Positions 25,079 through 39,033 of a stretch of DNA of 64,000 nt are shown piece by piece. The stretch is from assembly GCA_051362555.1 (NCBI GenBank), contig CM120644.1, positions 10,934,567 through 10,998,566 of the forward strand, in the 5' to 3' direction. Position numbers and translations under genes: made by a program. Numbering within the stretch: the first letter of the stretch is position 1; each line of letters opens with the position of its first letter. The notes beneath the pieces are model-generated. The model saw nothing but the letters and a program-made list of their open reading frames with translations. It was not told the origin of the DNA and made no database searches. The DNA comes from Lingula anatina (Eukaryota; Animalia; Brachiopoda).

Positions 25079-26845
25079 CAGATCAAGTTTCCATTTTACA
25101 CGTCACATTTTGTTACGTATACTATGGTCACAATTTTCCTTTAAAGGGTGGCACACTGTATATTCCGAGCAGATCATTTCTATTTATTCTTCGATCTCCC
25201 TTATGTTTTGATACATTCTTTTAGCATATTTTCCTCTTTCTATATTTTTAATTCAGAACTAATTAAGTAATAATCACTACATGAAACTGGAATGGAATTT
25301 CTTTGGTATCGTCAATAGTTACCAATTACATTCCATAGATATGTCTGTCTGTATCTCGTTTGAACTATTTTTATACCACCTAAATCAATATGATTGCAGA
25401 TATCACACTCATGCTTGGAGTGTATATTGCTTTTCTTTAAAACTAATTCTTTAAATCATTACACATAAATAAAACCATTATGACAAATATAAGACCCTAC
25501 AGCCGTTTCGGCCCGGAGGCCTCATCAGGGGCTCAAACAGATCAAAATACAATAGAAGACTCTAACTTCAAACGGCCAATGCGAAACATCGCACAAAAAT
25601 ACCTCACATTAGCAGACGACAGAAGGTTGCAAAACCGAGAATCAACCGAACAAAAAGTATATTTATAGAAAGAGAATTCTGATTAACAAAATTTCGTCTT
25701 TCTGTGAAATTAAGACGTAAGCAGGATTTAAAAGGGTATACATGATCAAAACACCTTGAAATTCTTCGCAAACAGCTCTACACTAATATCTATTTTTTCG
25801 CGAACTTGTTTCATTCGTTCAGTGCCGTGCCATGCTAACATTAGCTCGATGGAGGGACAGATTTCCAGAATATAGGTTGAGAAATGAGCATGCTATTCCA
25901 TTTAGCGAGTATAAAATATCTGAAGTGTTATAAACTCCAAACATCCCTAAGTTATTACTTTTGGCTCCGTTAACTTCATTTTCCTTGTCATTCACCTTCC
26001 CACAGACAATGACGCTATTTAGTAAGGTTAAACCATTTTTTGTCATGGATAGAAAATGGTTTTGAAAGATGACAAGGGACACCTTACAGACTATCACGCA
26101 AACTGAAACATTATAAACAGGTTTTGATGATCGTTTCTTGGTGTCAAGAGAAAAAAAACGCCATTTTATGTCAAACTTTTAGATTGCACACTGCGGTTAA
26201 CCTCACACATACTCTCTTAAACAGCCATACACACACTGAAAAATACGTGACAACATGCACAGAAAAATCCGAGTCCTTCAATCCATTATTACAAAAGCTC
26301 ATATATTGAAAGGATAAAATAAAGAAGCAATGACATTTAAGAGGTTTTTTTTTTTTGTTTTTTATTTAAGCAGAATTTGTATCACAAAAAATTGTATCAT
26401 AAAAAAACGTGAAGTTTGAGATCATGAGAAACAGCTCTGCACTATAATATCCCATATTTGGTTTAATCGGTCAATCTCATGTAAAACTGCAATGTCTCGA
26501 TACAAAGACACATTACCTATTGCATCACTCGAATTGGAACATAAACAGGTATTGTAATCGTTTTTCGGCGTCAAGAAATAAGACGGCATTTAATATTGAA
26601 AACCTTTGAGCTAACTCACATGTGATAAGCCTTATTCATATACATATTTAATTGATACATACGGGTTAATACGGAGCGTTTTTTATTCTTACATTTACTG
26701 TAATTCTGTCTGAGCTGTCACGTGATTGACGTGTGTCAATATAGCATCACCAAAAAGGCAATTGTTACCGTATGTTTTCTTTGAAATCGTATTTGTTTGT
26801 ATTTAACTGTTATTCATTTTTAGTGGTTACTAAATCACTTAATAT

Positions 26846-27572
26846 TCAGTCAACCAAAGGACCGAGGAACTCATTGTATTTGCTGTTTGGGTCTTCCCCC
26901 AGCCAAAAATCGCGATGCGCCTCGCCGAACTCTTTAACGGAGATGTAGCCATTTTTGTTGGTGTCCATGACATCGAAGATCTTCTTCGAGTGCTCCGTGG
27001 GGATGTTTAAACTATGGAAATAAGCAGCGTGTTCCTTGGGAGAAATCTTGCCATCGCCATCTGTATCCATGGTGTTGAATTCCACGGAAATGACTCGAGA
27101 GAACAGCTCTTGTCGGGCTTTCATGTCGTTGAAGGCCAGGATACGATTCTGTACAAACGCATCGAATGTTACCTCTTCGGCCGTTTCACCTTTTGGGTTC
27201 TTTTCGATCGCTGTCTTCCAGATATGCAAGCGCAGTTTCACAATAGCTTCAGTTTGGTCCTCTGAAAAAATAAAGGATTATTTTTGAAAAAGAGAGAGAT
27301 GTAATGCAACATTTGGCATTTATGGCGCCTTAACCGGTGACAATTTATTCTTTTAAACTAAAGAGAATATAATAAAAGAATTTGAATTCCTGTTTGAAAT
27401 TATATGAAAAACTACCATTTAGACCCAGATATTGTGCTGCGCGCTTCCCACTCGAAACCATGTCTTCTCTGGAAAGACGCCCATCATGGTTAGAATCTAA
27501 GGCCCTGAATACGGTGCGCATTTTGCGTTTCCAGTGTTCCGAGCCAGTCAGCGGTGGATACTCAACGGGCAT
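26846..27572 (-). CDS. EF-hand SCP/CBP-like copy E (subfamily 2), 190 aa, near-identical to the body of copy C, no same-strand leader found
   Basis: Exons 27572-27416 and 27261-26846, intact; ends HRDFWLGEDP...FLGPLVD. Confidence 0.85.
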
Positions 27573-29147
27573 CTGAAATACATTTATTTGTACAAAATTT
27601 GACTTAATTTCAATATGGAAACCGTTATGTTTTAAAATGGTGTGTTAAGTATAATATGCTTGTCGGAAGAGAAATAATAACCATATTGCCGACATTGGTA
27701 TACAGTTGTAGTATCAAAGTGAATACACATCTGTTTTTGAGCCAAGGGTAACAGCGCTGACTGTGCTGTTAAAATTTCATTATCTTAAATGAAAGTAGGT
27801 GGAATGCCGAAGGACACGAGGAAATATGATCGAATTCAATTGTAAGAAAATTTGATAAAATGAATGTGAATTTTCATTCTTCGGGATTCACTTACCTTAC
27901 CTTAGCTGGATTTCGGACGTGCTTAGCCAAACAACACTTGGCCTATTCTGAATTTGGGCCAATGCTGCATAATGTATTTCCCATTATATTAAACTATTTA
28001 AATACAGTAGCTACCCACACCGGTTTAATATTATCTGCTCACTGAAGCAAGAATAAGCAACACCGCATAATGTATTTTTAAACGTTTCTCGCACGAAAAT
28101 ACAGTATTATCAAGGTACAATGTAGAATTTGAGCATTAGTGACGCAGTGGTGTGGAGCATGTTTGTGGTAATAAAAAAAAGGGTTGTGCAGATTAGCATT
28201 TATGCGGTAGATTAATAGCATTATAGAAGCATTTTCAAATGTGCAAATTTTATATTTATTATATAATATATATGATTTTGCAGCCATAACATTGACATGA
28301 CACACATTCATGCATGTATACATAGGTACGGCAAACGCCGACCTCAACAAAAAAATTGATTTGTGCTTTCATCCCTTTGTTCCAGATGTCCCCCTAACTC
28401 CCCCCCCCCCAAAAAAAAAAAAAAAAAAAAAAAAGAAAAATAATAATAAAAAGCAGTATTTACAGTATTTCAAGCAAAAAGAGACCAAACCAAATGCATC
28501 TTCCATCCATTTGCTCCACATATTACACATTTAGTAATATTGTACTTTTCCACTGTGTTCTTTCCTTGTGTCCCGCCCCCCCATAGCTGGTAAGTACAAA
28601 ATGGTAATGGAGTGTATGATTGATTTCAATCAAAAATACACAAACTCGAATATTTTCTGTGGAAGTTAAACTGGCCTTAGTTTGTGATAGCGCAGTTTCC
28701 GCGTTTGAGACGAAGAAAGCTAAGTATAGCGGTACATAACTTTTATTCGTGTAAAAAAACACTCCTTACTTTTGGAAAAGCTGAACAGTAATCAATGACG
28801 ACAGGCTGTCTACCCGGTAGTACATGTAGCACCTGAAGTCCGCTTCGCGCTCAGGGGGGTATGGGTGTACCGAGATCATCATCAGAGTCTACATGTACAG
28901 TCCGGAGTCGGTATTACCTGACGTCCCGGCGATACATAGTAAAAAAAAGTAATGAAAGTAATATAAAATAAAATATAAAATTGAAATACATATATTCATG
29001 CCCTCTTTTAAATGAAAAGCAAAAGAAAAAAAAATTGAGAAAAGCAAACGAATTAAACCAGAAAATTGGAGATTTGTGTTCGACCGTCCCAAAGAAATAA
29101 ATTTACTGACGTCATGCTTATCCTTATCCATCGATTCACGCGCTTGA

Positions 29148-29204
<57 letters not shown>

Positions 29205-29413
29205 AAAATGTGCTTCGTATTGTTTTACTTTGTAATTTCACATGCATTATCTCTCCTCATTTCCAGACAAAAGAGAAAAATTATTTCCCCGGTAAATGGT
29301 TTACGAAGCACCTCTCTATTACATCCTACTTGTACGGCCTCATGGTATATATAGCTCACAGCAGATCAATTTAGCTCCATGTCACATAGACAAGCTTTGG
29401 GCATGTACTGTTG

Positions 29414-29492
29414 TGCGGCCTACAGAAATAAAAGCAGATTAGTAACACTTTTCCGCCCAGTAAGGGGACTGGGGAAGAGAATTAATTATTCG
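29414..29492 (+). pseudogene. Degenerate orphan leader-exon fragment
   Basis: Encodes KSRLVTLFRPVRGLGKRINYS, matching the leader consensus SRLAIxFQPVRRLGK. Confidence 0.6.
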
Positions 29493-29818
29493 TTTGCTTG
29501 TTGTTTCATTGGCACGCGTGCGCGAGAAGTACGGTTATATGCAATTACTGGATGTTTGCATTTTTATTCACTTTGCCCACAGTTTTAAAGGGCACGAGTG
29601 CATGCTCCAGCAGGCACCACTGTGTTGAATCCACGTTTAAAGCATTACTTTATAAAAAAAGGTCGTTCGGCTGTCATTTCTTTCAAAAATTTTTTCAAGC
29701 CTGGTAACTTTTATGGCACTCGCCAACTTTTAATACAGGTAAAATCAGGGTAAGATTTAAGCAGATGGTTCATTTTGAAATCTCTAGTACATGTACGTCA
29801 GCTTTCTCGGTGTTCACC

Positions 29819-30017
29819 ATGTCTAGGATTATCATACCTATCCGAGGGTTAGCCAGATTCATGGGACCTGCAGAAGGCAAGTTAGCTGTATGTTGCCAAC
29901 CAGTAAGGAAACTGATAAAGCTTATCGACTTATCTCAAACATGGATATCCCGCAACGGGCTACACCTGGGATTTCCGAGATTTTATCAACCAACCCGAGG
30001 AGTGGTAAACCGACCCT
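29819..30017 (+). pseudogene. Orphan leader exon (inverted duplicate of the copy D leader), 3' end and donor replaced by a MITE fragment
   Basis: MSRIIIPIRGLARFMGPAEGKL...VVNRP, then half of the TTAA MITE (about 30022-30152). The upstream about 29535-29818 matches 22951-23240 inverted. Confidence 0.8.
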
Positions 30018-30437
30018 ACGTTTAGGAAAAAAACCCTGGATTAACTTTGAATTCAGGAATGGGGTCGTTGACCATTGGTAAGTACGGGAAAATTGCCGTT
30101 TTTTCCAGGAAAATCGTATTTTTGACCAAAACGAAGAGTTATTATGACTTTAAGTATGTGGTTACCACGAATTTTTTGCGCTTGCACATCCGACGACAAT
30201 TTCCAACATTTTACCAAAATTGCATTTTGTATAACGTTGCTACAGGCAAACAGACAGAGCCAAGAATATAACCCCTTATATTTACTGTTATCTGTCTGAA
30301 AGTGGATGGGCCATATGTATGAATAAGATTGTTAGATGAGAGAACTGAGGTAAAACATTTAGTTTAGGAAAATGCCTGTGATATAGGGTATTTGTTTTAT
30401 TACGACTTCAGGATGAATGGAATTGAAGACACGCATA

Positions 30438-30692
30438 GGACCATTCCCAGACCCTATCGTACTAACTGTGGATCGATCTATCTCCAAGGGGATTCCGGCT
30501 AAATTGATATCAACTTAAGCGGCTTAGATGTCTGTCACGCCTACTAAGGCTGCTAGGGGTTAATTAATTATCGTTTAACAGCTTCAGTAAGCGTGCCAGA
30601 CATCTAAGTCGCTTTAGCTGAAAACAATTTAGCGAGAAAACCCCTTGGAGATGGATCGATCTTGTTAGATGGATCAAGGTATGGGAACCCAG
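30438..30692. mobile_element. MITE, same family as 20283-20515
   Basis: Shared ends ggaccattccca / tatgggaacccag and internal palindromes. Confidence 0.7.
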
Positions 30693-30745
30693 TTAAAGAA
30701 TCGAAACACACAAAGTGAAATCATTCTGAAATATGTTAAGGTTAA

Positions 30746-31069
30746 AGGGATAATAACTCTCCGTATGAGATCTATATTTCACAATAAAAACATTGTGAAT
30801 AACTCATAGAAATATAATATATTCTGTTTTACCACAAAAACGGCAGTTAAAGCTATTATTCTGATATTTGAGCTTGTATTTAGACCACGTAACCTCCATT
30901 GATGGCTATACTCGACAAAAAACAAAAAAAAAACAAACTTTTTAGAAAAAAAAACAGGGACTAACTTTGAATGTAAAAATGGATTCATTAACCATTGGTA
31001 AGTATGGGAATATTGCTGTTTACTCTAGGAAAATTCATTTTTTGGCCGAAACGAAGAGTTATTATCCCT
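30746..31069 (+). mobile_element. Kolobok-like MITE
   Basis: TTAA on both sides; TIR agggataataactct / agagttattatccct. Confidence 0.85.
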
Positions 31070-31842
31070 TTAAAATATGACACGTTAAAATTGATGGACA
31101 GCTGATATTCAAAAAGTATAATAAAAATACTGCTTTCAAACGTTCATTCCTTCTAACTCTTATTCTGTGGTTTGCCTTCCCTCCACCCCCTTCCCTTTTC
31201 TGATCGTCTTTTTGTGATTTGAAATTATATCTTGCCAGCACCTAAAATTGAAAATGGGTTTTGGTTATTGTTTATTCTCTCAAGTGTTAAGTGGCATTGT
31301 TTTGTGTGACAGGAATGCTAGTTTGCAATGAACCGTTGTCCGTGCCCCATTACCAGTAGCCTACTTTATACAGGCGACTTTCGTCTCATATACTGTAGTA
31401 ACCTACCCTCTACTAGGGTGGCAGATTATATACGGAAAAATGGGAAAGACCAGAGATAGTAATGACCGTCTATTTATCTTAACACATCTGTGAATATCCT
31501 GTGAAAAGTCAATCTGTGGCCCTGGTAGAGGGCAGTAGTAACTCCGATAAACTCGTACTAACCCTAATCTGTACTAATCACATGGGACCCCAGACGTCCG
31601 TTTTTAGTACTACCATTTGTGTCACGCCGGGTTAGATCCACAAATGGGATTCTTAACAGAACTCGAATTTCAAACTATACGTATCTTTGTAAAGTAAAGT
31701 AAACACCTATTTGTAAAGCCACTGCTGTTATACTTGACAAAGCATACGGATGTGGAGGGGAAAATATGTTGTGACCTTAAATAGAGAATGCACTGGATGA
31801 GTGGTTTGCTGCACGCCCTTTGACATTTAAATGTTGATGGTT

Positions 31843-31845
<3 letters not shown>

Positions 31846-31923
<78 letters not shown>
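31846..31923. repeat. (TA)n microsatellite
   Basis: Direct reading. Confidence 0.95.
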
Positions 31924-31924
<1 letters not shown>

Positions 31925-32604
31925 GTCTCAAAGCATTGTACAGATGAGGTTAAATACTTGTGGTAGGTCCCCTTGCGGGCCTTACGTCCCATTTTACTTC
32001 TAAGTGACATTTACAGCAGTTGAAAAGGGGATATTTACCTATTAAAGTTGAAAGAAAAATGACTTCAACATTGTAAGTCTACCATATTAATCTGACGGTC
32101 ACTTTAATGCAAGTACCCCAGCCATTCAAGTCACATGGATATATTGCATATTTTTACTGATTTTCTATTGTGTGACCCAGGTACATTGTCATATTCTGAA
32201 TAAAGATATAACTTTTATATGTATGGTTTCAGTTAAGCATTTGCTTTCCATAGTAATGTATGTAATCTCGTGTGTAAAAATCATGTTTTTATGGTCTGGG
32301 TAAAGCAAGTCCTGTTCCTGTGGATGTATCAAAAGTCAAATGGAAGATTGAAGTTTAGGACACTACTGCCTTTATTGCTCTCGTTGAATTAAGGGCTACA
32401 CTTCAAATAGCGGTATATAGATAGAGCAGACTGAGTGACCTGTGGTATACTTATCTTGGAACAGTACACTGTAACTGAGCACTGGACACTATAGTAAATA
32501 AAGCGCCGCAGTAAGCTATTTACAGGTACGTTGACCCAATGAGACCTCATTTCTCTTATTCAGGTTTGACACATTTAGGACACTCTCTGTACAATATGAA
32601 TTAA

Positions 32605-32941
32605 AGGGATAATAACTCTTCGTATGAGATCTATATTTTACAATAAAAACATTGTGAATAACTCATGGAAGTATAATATATTCTGTTTTACCACAAAAAC
32701 GGCAGTTATAGCTATTATCCTGATATCTGAGCTTGTCTTTAGACCACGTGACCTCCATTGATGGCTATACTCTGTTAAAATCTCTTAAGAGATTTTAACA
32801 AAAAAACAAACATTTTAGAAAAAAAACAGGGACTTACTTTCAATGTAAAAATGGATTCGTTAACCATTGGGGAGTATGCGAAAATTCTTGTTTACTCCAG
32901 GAAAATTCATTTTTTGGCCGAAACGACGAGTTATTATCCCT
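32605..32941 (+). mobile_element. Kolobok-like MITE about 85 bp upstream of the copy F start codon
   Basis: TTAA flanks, same TIR, near-identical to 30746-31069. Confidence 0.85.
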
Positions 32942-33025
32942 TTAAGGTAACATCGGGTCAAATTTGAGTTCATGTTGCGTTTTCATATCTATCATAGTGG
33001 TACGCCTCTCTGCTCTGTATTCACC

Positions 33026-33652
33026 ATGTCCAGGATCACCATACCTATCCGGAGATTAGCAACAAGAATGCGGCCTGTAGAAAGCAGATTAGCAATACCT
33101 TTTCAACCAGAAAGGAGATTGGGGAAGACCAATTATTCATCGCCGTCCTGGATTTGTCGTAATGGTTTTGAGCTGAGATTTCCAAGATTTTCTCAACCCT
33201 CGCGAGGACTTGTAAACATACCATTGAGAGTACAGAAGGTATTAATATGCTATTGTTATATTGATTTTAATGTTAAAACATTAAGCTACGCAACCTGCAG
33301 ATAGTAGATTGTGTGCCTTTTAAACTTGATAACTTATAGGAAAACAATTTCAGATGCCTGCTGAGTATCCATTGCTGACCGGCTCAGAACACTGGAAACG
33401 AAAAATGCGATCAGTATTCATGTCATTAGACCCAAACAAAGATGGAATCCTTTCTCGCAAAGACATGGTATTGAGTGCGAAGCGATCTATACAACATTTG
33501 AATCTTAAAGGTAAATATTCAGATAATTACCCCTGCTATAATTTACAATTACCAACGGTATGCTGTAGATTTGTATGTTCCAGATAATTGTTATCCCTTT
33601 ATACCTACAATGTCGATTTCAATGCCAATTGCTTCCCTCCCCCCTCCTCCCA

Positions 33653-33695
<43 letters not shown>

Positions 33696-34099
33696 CACAT
33701 ACACACAATTTTCATTTTTTTTCTTCAGAAGACAAACTAAAAGATGTGTTAAAACTGCGTCTGTACATCTGGGAGACATCGATGGGTAAGAATGCAAAAG
33801 GCGAAATTGCAGAAGAGATATCGTTTGAAGAATTTGTTCAGAACCGTATCTTAGCCTTTAACGACATAAAAGCCAGGCAAGAGATTATGTCGCATATTAT
33901 TTCCGTGGAATTCAACACTATGGATACAGATGGTGATGGTCTGATTTCTTCCAAGGAACACGCTATTTTTTGCGAAAGTTTAAACATCCCGCCAGATCAA
34001 TCAAAGAAGATCTTTGCTCTCATTGACAGTAACAAAGATGGCCTCATCACCATGGAAGAGTTTGGACAATCCCTTTGTGATTTTTGGCTAGGGGAATAA
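33026..34099 (+). CDS. EF-hand SCP/CBP-like copy F (subfamily 2) with leader, C-terminally truncated (about 246 aa; possible young pseudogene)
   Basis: Exons 33026-33238, 33354-33510, 33729-34099. An inserted TAA follows FWLGE; the ancestral tail (DPNRKNNEFVGP, a second TAA, original TGA at 34145-34147) is still readable. Confidence 0.75.
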
Positions 34100-36320
34100 G
34101 ACCCAAACAGGAAAAACAATGAATTCGTGGGTCCTTAAAATGACTGAGTATCACATTGTGTTTATTAATAACATGAAATAAAAAATCTGTTGATGTTCAA
34201 AATACTCATACCCTTCACAATATATATGATTTTTGCGCTCAAAAGAAATTATGTTAATAGAAAGAGAAATAGTCATGCAGGAACGTTACATCTGATGAGT
34301 TGGATCAGAGGCGGTATGCCTTTGAAGAGTAGTTAAAAACCCTTTTTAAACTGGTAAGTAGCGTTACAAACTCCTGTAATAGCTTATAGTACCGAAAATG
34401 GTATAGTATTTCACTTCCTCGTGTTTTGTTTCCATTTCCTCTGTACACGTATACATGCATCGTTTTTTCTCGGTACTTTAGTGAGTTAAATATCCATTTA
34501 ACAGGCAGTTAGCATTATATCCTCTACATTACCCGTACATATATTCACTGAGATAAGTAGAAACTTATAATTGTAGTACTGGTATATTGTACACTAGTTT
34601 GGTATATTCAACCACCTTTTATTTTCTCCTAAGTTGCAAGTATAGGTTCAGTATCCATGTTGTACGGTGGTCCATTTTTCATTTGTGGTGTACCGCGGCA
34701 TAAAAGTAATAATAATGATGATAATAAAACTGAGTAAGGTCATATCTATATGTTTACATTCCTTTGCCTATTTCTGCTCTCCCTAGCAACACGTCACAGG
34801 TGCCCCCTATTACCCGCTGTGACCAGGTTCAGAGCAGATGATACAAGAATTCAAACGATTTCCCAGTGTATGGATGAAAAAGCTCAAGTGTAAATTAGTT
34901 TGTTTTGTTTTGTTCTCCAACGAGTGATAATTTTTAATCATTTCGTTGGTCTTTAATAAAGGATAGGTCATATATATAACAGAAAGGGAAATGAAAGAAA
35001 ATCTATTCATTAATAAGTATAAACCTACATTGAATAGATAAAAGCATTGGTAAAAGTAACAATTAAACACCCATTGTTACAGACGTCACATTTTAGCCTT
35101 TATGACATCACCTAGTAACAAATAAACAAAACCCCCTGAAGAAAGAAAGAAACCGGTCGGGGCAAAAAAGTTGCTGTTCTTTTTTTCTTTTTATTATATA
35201 TAATATTACTCGTACAGGTAAAACGTTTTTACTTTTAATATATATAAGCCTCTTTTCATATATTGCACATTCTCATCCTTCGTTCTAAATTTGTAAAAAA
35301 GGCATTTTACAAACTTCCCCACCCCCATCACATATAACCAAAGTATTGAGGAAGGTGTACTGTGTACAGTACTGAATGATTTGTTGTTCAGGTACCCGCA
35401 CTTAAGCTATCAGTCTATCCGTCTGGCCATTTATAATATAGAATTCTTCACCCGTCAGGCAAATAGCTCAGTGCATATTATTTCATTGTCAACTGATTGC
35501 CAAAGGTCGCTTTGCTTCCACATCCATATCATGGCCGTTCAGTAAAAAAGAAAAATAAATTACTAATATTTTATTGAGCACCGCTTCATACCATTCACGT
35601 TAAAAGTATAACACGTATTAAGTCATATAGTAATGTCTCTACATGCATCCCTTTACTGTTGAAATTTGAATGAAGGTCAAATTCGTTGCGACATTTGAGC
35701 CGGGGTGAAGTACGTTTAATTTTCTACTCTTTATATGCATGCCTATATATGTTCACCATATCTAGAAGCATTACACTTAAAGAGCAACTACATTGGATTT
35801 TCCCGCCAAAATGGATTTTCCCTGGAAATAAGCATTCATTTTTCTCGTACTCACGAACCATTTATCTATCCCTCTCTACACTTGGATTTGACCCTTAATC
35901 AAATTCATAAAAGTTGATTTAGTTTAAAATGACTTGCCAGTCATTATAACCAGATACCATTTTCTTATATGCTCCTGTCAACATCAAGAACGCCCAAGAA
36001 AAAAATTACTTAAGAGGGTTTAAATCGTTTTAAGATGTATGTTATGTTTTATAAAAAGCAATGGACGGCAAAAATACGCATTTGGGGAATTTTCAAACCC
36101 ATGGAGTGAGCCTTTAAACTCTGCTTTATTTCACTTCCGTGCAACGTATGACACAATAAGGTGGCTAGGGTCGGATAAATTCTGATTTTTTTTTTGTCAT
36201 TCTTGTCACGTATAAGACATCAAAATTTGAATAAAGGTTAAATCGTGGTTTATATTCACCAGACGATACGTACGTTATCAAATCTATAATACGTCTGCTG
36301 CAGGTACCTCGGCTTTCAGC

Positions 36321-38994
36321 ATGTTTAGGATCATCAGACCTTTACAAGGACTAGCAGGAGTCATGCGACCTGCAGAAAGAAGACTAGCAATACTTTTCCA
36401 ACCAGTTAGGAGATTTGGAAAGATGTTGAACTCTTCACAAACATGGATTGCCCACAGTGGTCTTGGCCTGGGGTTACCGAGAATTTCCCAACCCAAGCGA
36501 GGGATGGTAAACCGACCGTTGAGATTAAAGAAGGTAGGGTAAGTTTATCATCTTAATGATGGTATCAGGACAATTTCCCCCCGGACAATTCCCCCCCGGA
36601 CTATTCCCCCCGGACAATTCCCCCCAAGGACAATCCCCCCCCCCCGGACGATTCCCCCCGAAAGAAGATATATTTATATACAAAATATAAAGTAAAGAGT
36701 ACAAAGTTCAAATCTTTTCATCCATTTTATGAATATATCTCAGTTTGATGATGCAACTCGAGGATAGATAATATTCATTAAATTATTTTCATGTAGTACA
36801 AGTACAGAAAATTTTAGTGATATAAGTACAGAACATTTTGTTTAAAATCTGATCAAAGTACATCTCTAGTTAAGGTGGGATAAACAGATGATCTCACTCA
36901 TCCAGGTGACTCTTTGATAAATTAACTGTTACTTTTTTAAAAGTTAAAAAATTGCTTAATTACTGTCCCCCCCCCCCCCTTGATTAAGTCTTGAATCAAG
37001 GTGCATCTCTAGGGAGAGGTGGGGTAAACAGATTTTCTCGCTTATCCAGGCATCCATTTGATTATTTGTCACTTTTAATTGCTTGACCACTACCCACCTA
37101 CTCACTACCCACCACAATAAAATATTCATAAAATATCTGTTTACCTGTTTATCTGTTTACCCAAACTTTACCTGAAGGATAGGTGGTTATACTTTGATTA
37201 GATGTTTAATAAAACTTTCAGTACTAGTACTAAATGAAAAAGGACTTTGTTATAAAATAATTTTTGTTCATGATGATGTTGCATTATCACACTAAAATAT
37301 TAATAAAATGGATGACATGTTTTAAACTTTACACTTTTTACATTATTTTTCTGTATAAATAGATATTTCTTGGGGGGGGGGAATCGTCCGGGGGGGGGGT
37401 TGTCTAGGGGGGGATTGTCCGGGGGGAATAGTTCGGGGGGGGAATTGTCCGGGGGGAATTGTCCTAGAATCCTTAATGATAAGTCCCATTTTCTTTTTCT
37501 TAATATGATACCAGTTTCTTAGCGTTGAATGAACGTATACTTATTAAGGTATTATCACGTCCATTTGCCTATGCCTGCTCTATGTCTAACATCTATGTCT
37601 AACGTTTCAGATGCCCACCGATTACCCACTGCTGACTGGATCAGAACACTGGAGACGAAAAGCTCGAACGGTTTTCCAGCGTATGGATGCCAACGCCGAT
37701 GGGTACCTTACCAAAGAAGACTATGTGTCTACTGCTCAGACCCTAATAGATCACCTGAGCCTTACTGGTGAGTACAATTAGATTACAGTGTATGAGGTTG
37801 ATGTTTGAGCAGAGCTGTAGGCTTTTAAAACTGTTTGGGGGTGAGCAGCAGTTTCAAAAAAAAAATTAGGTCAGTACCCACGATTAGTCGACTTGGAATT
37901 CCATGATGTTACACTGCTCCTGATAGGATAAGATGTGCCCATATGACCATGTAACCTTGGTAGTTAAGTTCTTAGCCAGAGAACTTAACTTAAAGACAGT
38001 CTCAGCGCGTTAAACCCTTAAAATAGCACGAAAATGAATTTTCCTGGAAATCTCACCAATTTCCCCATCATGACCAAGGTATATCCTATCCAAAACCGTT
38101 CAGAAAATGAAGCTACCTAATACCGTTTTTAAGTTCCATTAAATAATAAAAGACGACTCGTCTTAAATACTCAGCTACCACCTCACAGTACGGCTTCAGA
38201 ACGCGCAATTTCTCGCTAAGTCTCGCGGTTTACTATGAATGAAGTACTACGGCTGAGACCCGGATGTTACTATTTGGCGCCAAAACAGCAAACGTGGCTC
38301 AGACGCGCGTCAAGTCTGAAGAGGAGAGCGACAAAAGGGGACAAAAGAAAATAGCCACTCCAGTTCGAAAGATACGAAAGAAAATTAGAGACAGACGAAG
38401 AAGCACTCAGACTGTGTATGTTGGGAGGGAGGTGGGGCGGTGGAGGACACTTAAAGCTGAGTTAGGACTAACATACGAGGCAATGGCGAAACTACTCCTC
38501 GACACGTGAGTATGCGCTTCACAGGTCTCAAGTGTATCTGATTATCATATTATCCTGTTCACAATAAATGACAATATTTGTGCTCATACAAAGTTGGTTA
38601 CGTGTATAAGAGCGTTTTGGGCTTTACGTTTTCTGTTTTTGATCGGTACATGTACCGAAAAGATGGACAGGCGGCACTTACATGTCTGACAAGTTTCGCT
38701 GTGTAGTCGTGACGTCTATCTCATTCTGACTGAAGCCTGCTGTGATTGGTCGTAAGCGTGGGAAAATCGAGGTCGTGACCTTGAGCCGGAAGTACTTCTG
38801 GCTGTGCTCCGAAATCATGATAAATAGTTTTCGTTTTCTAATTCTTTATTCTAGTTGTCTTAACAGGACTTTTGTGACTCAGACTTATTAATATAATAAT
38901 AAACAATCTCACAAAATACAAATCTGATCAAAGTTTTACATAGAACCTGCTTCTATACATTAATCTAACCCACTGAGACTGTCTTTAAGAACTT

Positions 38995-39033
<39 letters not shown>

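Noticed and set aside
23445-25281. Possible solo LTR hosting the Harbinger element (TG...CA ends, aagtgt repeats)
   Set aside because: No convincing TSD, second LTR or internal domain seen.
36561-36660. Short regularly spaced repeats resembling a CRISPR array
   Set aside because: No unique spacers, eukaryotic context, and they are mirrored at the other end as transposon TIR subrepeats.
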